Shown: positions 59,755 through 64,000 of the stretch, piece after piece
How the letters are laid out: each line of letters begins with the position of its first letter
Numbering within the stretch: position 1 is the first letter of the stretch
Assembly: GCF_963921235.1 (NCBI RefSeq)
Contig: NC_086097.1
Coordinates: 242,298,001 to 242,362,000 of the forward strand
DNA: 64,000 bases
Reading direction: 5' to 3'
Origin: Mobula hypostoma
Taxonomy: Eukaryota
The notes under the pieces: model-generated
Seen by the model: the letters and a program-made list of their open reading frames with translations, nothing else
Database searches by the model: none
What the model was told of the DNA's origin: nothing
Position numbers and translations under genes: made by a program

Positions 59755-60341
59755 GAGGCATTGATCGTGTAGATAGAGGCTTTTTCCCAGGGCTGAAATG
59801 GTTGCCACAAGGGGACACAGGTTTAAGTTGCTGGGGGGTAGGTACAGAGGAGATGTTAGGGGGAAGTTTTTTTTACACAGAGAGTGGTGAGTGTGTGGAG
59901 TGGGCTGCCGGCAATGGTGGTGGAGGCGGATATGATAGGGTCTTTTAAGTGTTGCAGTTACGAGGGTAGGTAATGGAAACAGAAGAGAGGAAATTGTGTG
60001 GACTAGGTTAAGGCTGGGGCATTGTGCATTAAACAAAACATTGAAAATGATAGGGAAACACCAGACAGGATTGTGAGGAATGTCAGGAAGAGGAGTCAGT
60101 AGAACATGTAGTTCTGAGTTGCAGGAAGTATGGGATACAGAGAGCGATGATGAGAAATAAATTAAGGGAGTTGGGGATGCAGGAATTCACATTAAAAGGG
60201 TTGATGGGCATGGGTGAGAGAGCACAAGTCCGGGTATTTTTAGCGTTTTTAAGGGGTACAGGGGTTTTTTATAGAATATGACGAATAAACAGGAATAGGA
60301 TACTAGGATGGTCAAAGATGGGAGGGTGAAGTGTAGGTTTG

Positions 60342-60375
<34 letters not shown>

Positions 60376-60638
60376 ATTGGGTGAAGGGATTTAGACTGTA
60401 TGTCTAGTGCACATTCTGGAGCAGAGGGTGGCGGTAATGCACCATTAAGCTGGATGCCAACCGCCGTAAAACAAGATACAGACAGACAGGGTCTTTTAAG
60501 AGACTTTTAGATAGGTACTTGGAGCTTAGAAAAATAGAGGGCTATGGGGAAGTCTAGTAATTTCTAAGTTAGGGAGATGTTTGGCACAACTTTGTGGGCC
60601 GAAGGGCCTGTATTGGTTGTAGGTTTTCTATGTTTCTA
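59755..60638 (+). mobile_element. CR1 3' fragment nested in CR1, itself interrupted
   Basis: Same subfamily as 21525-21947; (TTTCTATG) tail; host resumes at TTCTGGCATTG. Confidence 0.8.
59950..60487 (+). mobile_element. Nimb/I-group LINE 3' end
   Basis: Manual translation RREEIVWTRLRLGHCALNKTLKMIGKH.TGL/EECQEEESVEHVVLSCRKY (CCHC-type knuckle, frameshifted); 3' GGTGGCGGTAATGCACC..CCAACCGCC; (AGAC)n tail; 13-bp TSD AGGGTCTTTTAAG at 59937-59949 and 60488-60500. Confidence 0.75.
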
Positions 60639-62219
60639 TTCTGGCATTGTATCGGATGGCTGGAAAATTGCAAATGTTACTCTGCTATTTAAGAAGGGTG
60701 GGAGGCAGCAGAAAGGAAACTATAGACCTGTTAGCCTGACATGGGTGGTTTGAAGTTGTTGGAATCGATTGTTAGGGATGAGATTACGGAGTACCTGGAG
60801 GCACATGACAAGATGGGCCAAAGCTAGCATGGTTTCCTGAAAGGAAAATCCTGCCTGACAACCCTACTGCAATTCTTTGAGGAAATTACAAGCAGGGTAG
60901 ACAGAGGAGATGCAGTAGACATGGTGTACTTGGATTTTCAGAAGGCCTCTGACAAGGTGCTGCACATGAGGCTAGTTAGCAAGATAAGAGCCCATGGAAT
61001 TATAGGGAAGTTACTAGCATGGGTGAAGCATTGGCTGGTTGGCAGAAAACAGAGAGTGGGAATAAAGCGATCCTATTCTGGTTGTCTTCCAGTTACCAGT
61101 GGAGTTTCACAGGGGTTGGTGTTGGGACCACTGCTTTTTATGATGTATGTCAATGATTTGGACTACGATATTAATGGATTTGTGGCTAAATTTGCTGATG
61201 ATACAAAGATAGGTGGAGGAGCAGGTAGTGTTGAGGAAACAGAAAGCCTGCAGGGAGACTTAGATAGTTTAGGAGAATGGGCAAAGAAGTGTCAAATGAA
61301 ATACAGTGTTGGAAAGTGTATGGTCATGCACTTTGGTGGAAGAGATAAATGGGCAGACTGTTATTTAGATGGGGAGAGAATTCAAAATGCAGAGATGCAA
61401 AGGGACTTGGGAGTCCTTGTGCAAGATACCCTAAAGGTTAACCTCCAGGTTGAATCGGTTGTGAAGAAGGCAAATCCAATGTTGGCATTCATTCAGAGAA
61501 GATTCACGGGAATGATTCCAGGAATGAAAGGGTTACCGTATGAGGAACGTCTGGCAGCTCTTGGGCTGTATTCCCTGGAGTTCAGGAGAATGAGGGGGGA
61601 TTTCATAGAAACATTCCGAATGTTAAAAGGCCTGAACAGATTAGATATGGCAAAGTTATTTCCCATGGTAGGGCATTCTAAGACAAGAGTGCATGACTTC
61701 AGGATTGAAGGACTTTCATTTGGAACGGAGATGCGGAGAAATTATTTTAGTCAGAGGGTGGTAAATCTGTGGAATTTATTGCCACAAGCGGCTGTGGAGG
61801 TCAAGTCATTGGGTGTATTTAAGGCAGAGATAGATAAGTTCTTGATTAACCAGGGCATCAAAGGGTATGGGGTGAAGGCAGGGGAGTGGGGATGACTGGA
61901 AGAATTGGATCAGCCCAAGATTGAATGGTGGAGCAGACTCGATGGGCCAAATGTCCTACTTGTGCTCCTACGTCTTGTGGAATTTGATATTATGTGGAAA
62001 ATCGATTCAGGATCTTGATTTAGACTATATTTCAGACACAGTGTGACCTGTCGCATCAGTAAACAGCAGGCTGCATCCTCCTTGCAAAGAAGGAATCTAA
62101 GTTGGGTCAGAGAGTGGAAGGGTGTGCAGGTGGGTAGAGCTACACAAATCTGCAAGGGTAGGGATACCAGATTAAATTTGAGAAATAAACCATTGTGCTA
62201 GTTTTAAGCTCCAGGTGAA

Positions 62220-62730
62220 TATTGAGAGCATCCTGATGAGCTGTATCTTCATCTGGTATGGGAGCAGCTGAACATCAGACTGGAAGTCTCTACATAGGAC
62301 TGTGAGAACGGCCGAGAGGATCATGGGGGTCTCCCTACCATTCGTCATGGACACTTATCAGGAGCACTGCGTACGCAGGGCCCTTAGTATTATTAAGGAT
62401 CCCACCGCATCCATTCAGCATCCTCTTTGACTTTCTACCATCAGGCAGGAACGTCTGATGAATAAAGAGAAGAATAGTCATGATGGGAAGCAGTTTCTTC
62501 CCTCGTGCCTTTAGACTTCTGAACTCCCCGCCGTGTTGCATTCGAAGTGCCACCGGCTAATATGTTTTGTATCCCAGAATATTTAATTTATGCACTTTAC
62601 CTTTGTGGATTTAATTCTTACTTTCCCAAGTTATTGTGTGTTATATGTGTGTTATGTGTACTACTGTGCTTTACACCCTGGTCCGAAAAAACAGTCTTGT
62701 TTGACAGTATACATGTAAATAGTTAAATGA
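62220..62730 (+). mobile_element. Rex1/Babar-type LINE 3' fragment
   Basis: IESILMSCIFIWYGS..DWKSLHRTVRTAERIMG..KDPTHP-like translation. Confidence 0.75.
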
Positions 62731-62732
62731 CC

Positions 62733-63538
62733 ACAAGACCACAAGACAAAGGAGCAGAAGTTGGCCATTCGGCCCATCGAGTCTGCTCCACCATTTTATC
62801 ATGAGCTGATCCATTCTCCCATTTAGTCCCACTCCCCTGCCTTCTCACCATAACCTTTGATGCCCTGGCTACTCAGATACCTGCCTTAAATACACCCAAT
62901 GACTTGGCCTCCACTGCTGCCCGTGGCAACAAATTCCATAGATTCACCACCCTCTGACTAAAAAAATTTCTTCGCATTTCTGTTCTGACTGGGCACCCTT
63001 CAATCCTTAAGTCATGCCCTCTCGTACTAGACTCCCCCATCATGGGAAACAACTTTGCCACATCCACTCTGTCCATGCCTTTCAACATTCGAAATGTCTC
63101 TATGATGTCTCCCCTCATTCTTCTAAACTCCAAGGAATACAGTCCAAGAGCGGACTAACATTCCTCATATGTTAACCCTCTCATTCCCGGAATCATTCTA
63201 CTGAATCTTCTGTGTACCCTCTCCAACGTCAGCACATCCTTTCTTAAATAAGGAGACCAAAACTGCCCACAGTACTCCAAGTGAGGTCTCACCAGCGCCT
63301 TATAGAGCCTCAACATCACATCCCTGCTCCTATACTCTATTCCTCTAGAAATGAATGCCAACATTGCATTCGCCTTCTTCACTACTGACTCAACCTGGAG
63401 GTTAACTTAAGGGTATCCTGTACGAGGACTCCCAAGTCCCGTTGCATCTCAGAACTTTGAATTCTTTCCCCTTTTAAATAATAGTCTGCCCGTTTTATTT
63501 TTTTCTGCCAAAGTGCATAACCATACACTTTCCAACAA
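62733..63538 (-). mobile_element. CR1 LINE 3' fragment
   Basis: ORFs 63155..63382 and 62873..63133 (RPHLEYCGQFWSP, RNFFSQRVVNLWN). Confidence 0.92.
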
Positions 63539-64000
63539 ATGACAGTAAACCTCAGTTGAATAGAACTGTATGAGATTGTGCTGCGCCCAAGGGAGGCTAC
63601 GTTTATTTGAAGTGTTGTGCATGGTTTTGGGAGATAAAAGATTCATTGTAGAAATTGCTGAAGAGAACTGATACGGTGGTGTAACGACTCAGTTGTGGCG
63701 TCAGGAAAGATTGAACAAGGCCTCTCTCCAGGAAAAGGGGTTACTTCACGCCACTTCACTTGCCCCATTATTGGAATGTCCCCAGAACCAATGGACCCAC
63801 TTTCAAAGGACTTTTCTTCTCACATTCTCGATATTTATTGCTTGTTTATTTATTATTGTTGTTTCTTTTTGCATTTGCACAGTCTGTTGCCTTTTGTTCT
63901 CTGGCTGAACGCCCAAGTGGGACAGTCTTTCAGTGATTCTGTTATAGTTATCCTGTAGATTTGTTGAGTGTGTCCATAAAAATTGAATCTCAGGGTTGTA

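Larger units (their letters stand above)
58140..61980 (+). mobile_element. CR1 LINE (end of ORF1, decayed ORF2, 3' UTR) with nested insertions
   Basis: LYLNA start, VVYRPPN, IVGDFN, SDHN (58549..59007); RT 60921..61895. Confidence 0.92.

Noticed and set aside
1..64000. Prokaryotic-style system (CRISPR array, retron, DGR, defence operon) suggested by many RT ORFs
   Set aside because: All RT ORFs carry non-LTR retrotransposon motifs with LINE tails and TSDs; there is no operon structure, repeat-spacer array or cas-like gene; the sequence is vertebrate-like

Overview
Eukaryotic (vertebrate) genomic DNA, most likely from a cartilaginous fish such as a ray. That taxon call is inferred from the repeat repertoire and was not verified. 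The window is overwhelmingly a mosaic of nested transposable elements. Retroelements include many CR1 LINE copies (one with an uninterrupted 814-codon ORF2 remnant), Rex1/Babar-type, L1, RTE and Nimb/I-group LINE fragments, SINE-like elements and putative solo LTRs. DNA transposons are represented by PIF/Harbinger, hAT and Tc1-like non-autonomous elements. About 15 fragments belong to a Penelope-like (GIY-YIG) element family whose 3' terminal repeat carries a minimal type I hammerhead ribozyme motif (AGTC-CTGACGA-AGGGTCTCGGCCT/C-GAAA-CG-TC-GACT). Several of these copies are young, flanked by target-site duplications (TSDs), and arranged as inverted, tandem or ribozyme-only insertions; this is the most notable system here. 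The only good host-gene signal is a CpG-island promoter at about 45.6-46.0 kb with a candidate short first exon (ATG AGG AAC AGC C|GTGAGT); the gene could not be identified. There are no prokaryotic features, CRISPR arrays, rRNA or tRNA genes. Repeat boundaries without a stated TSD are approximate.
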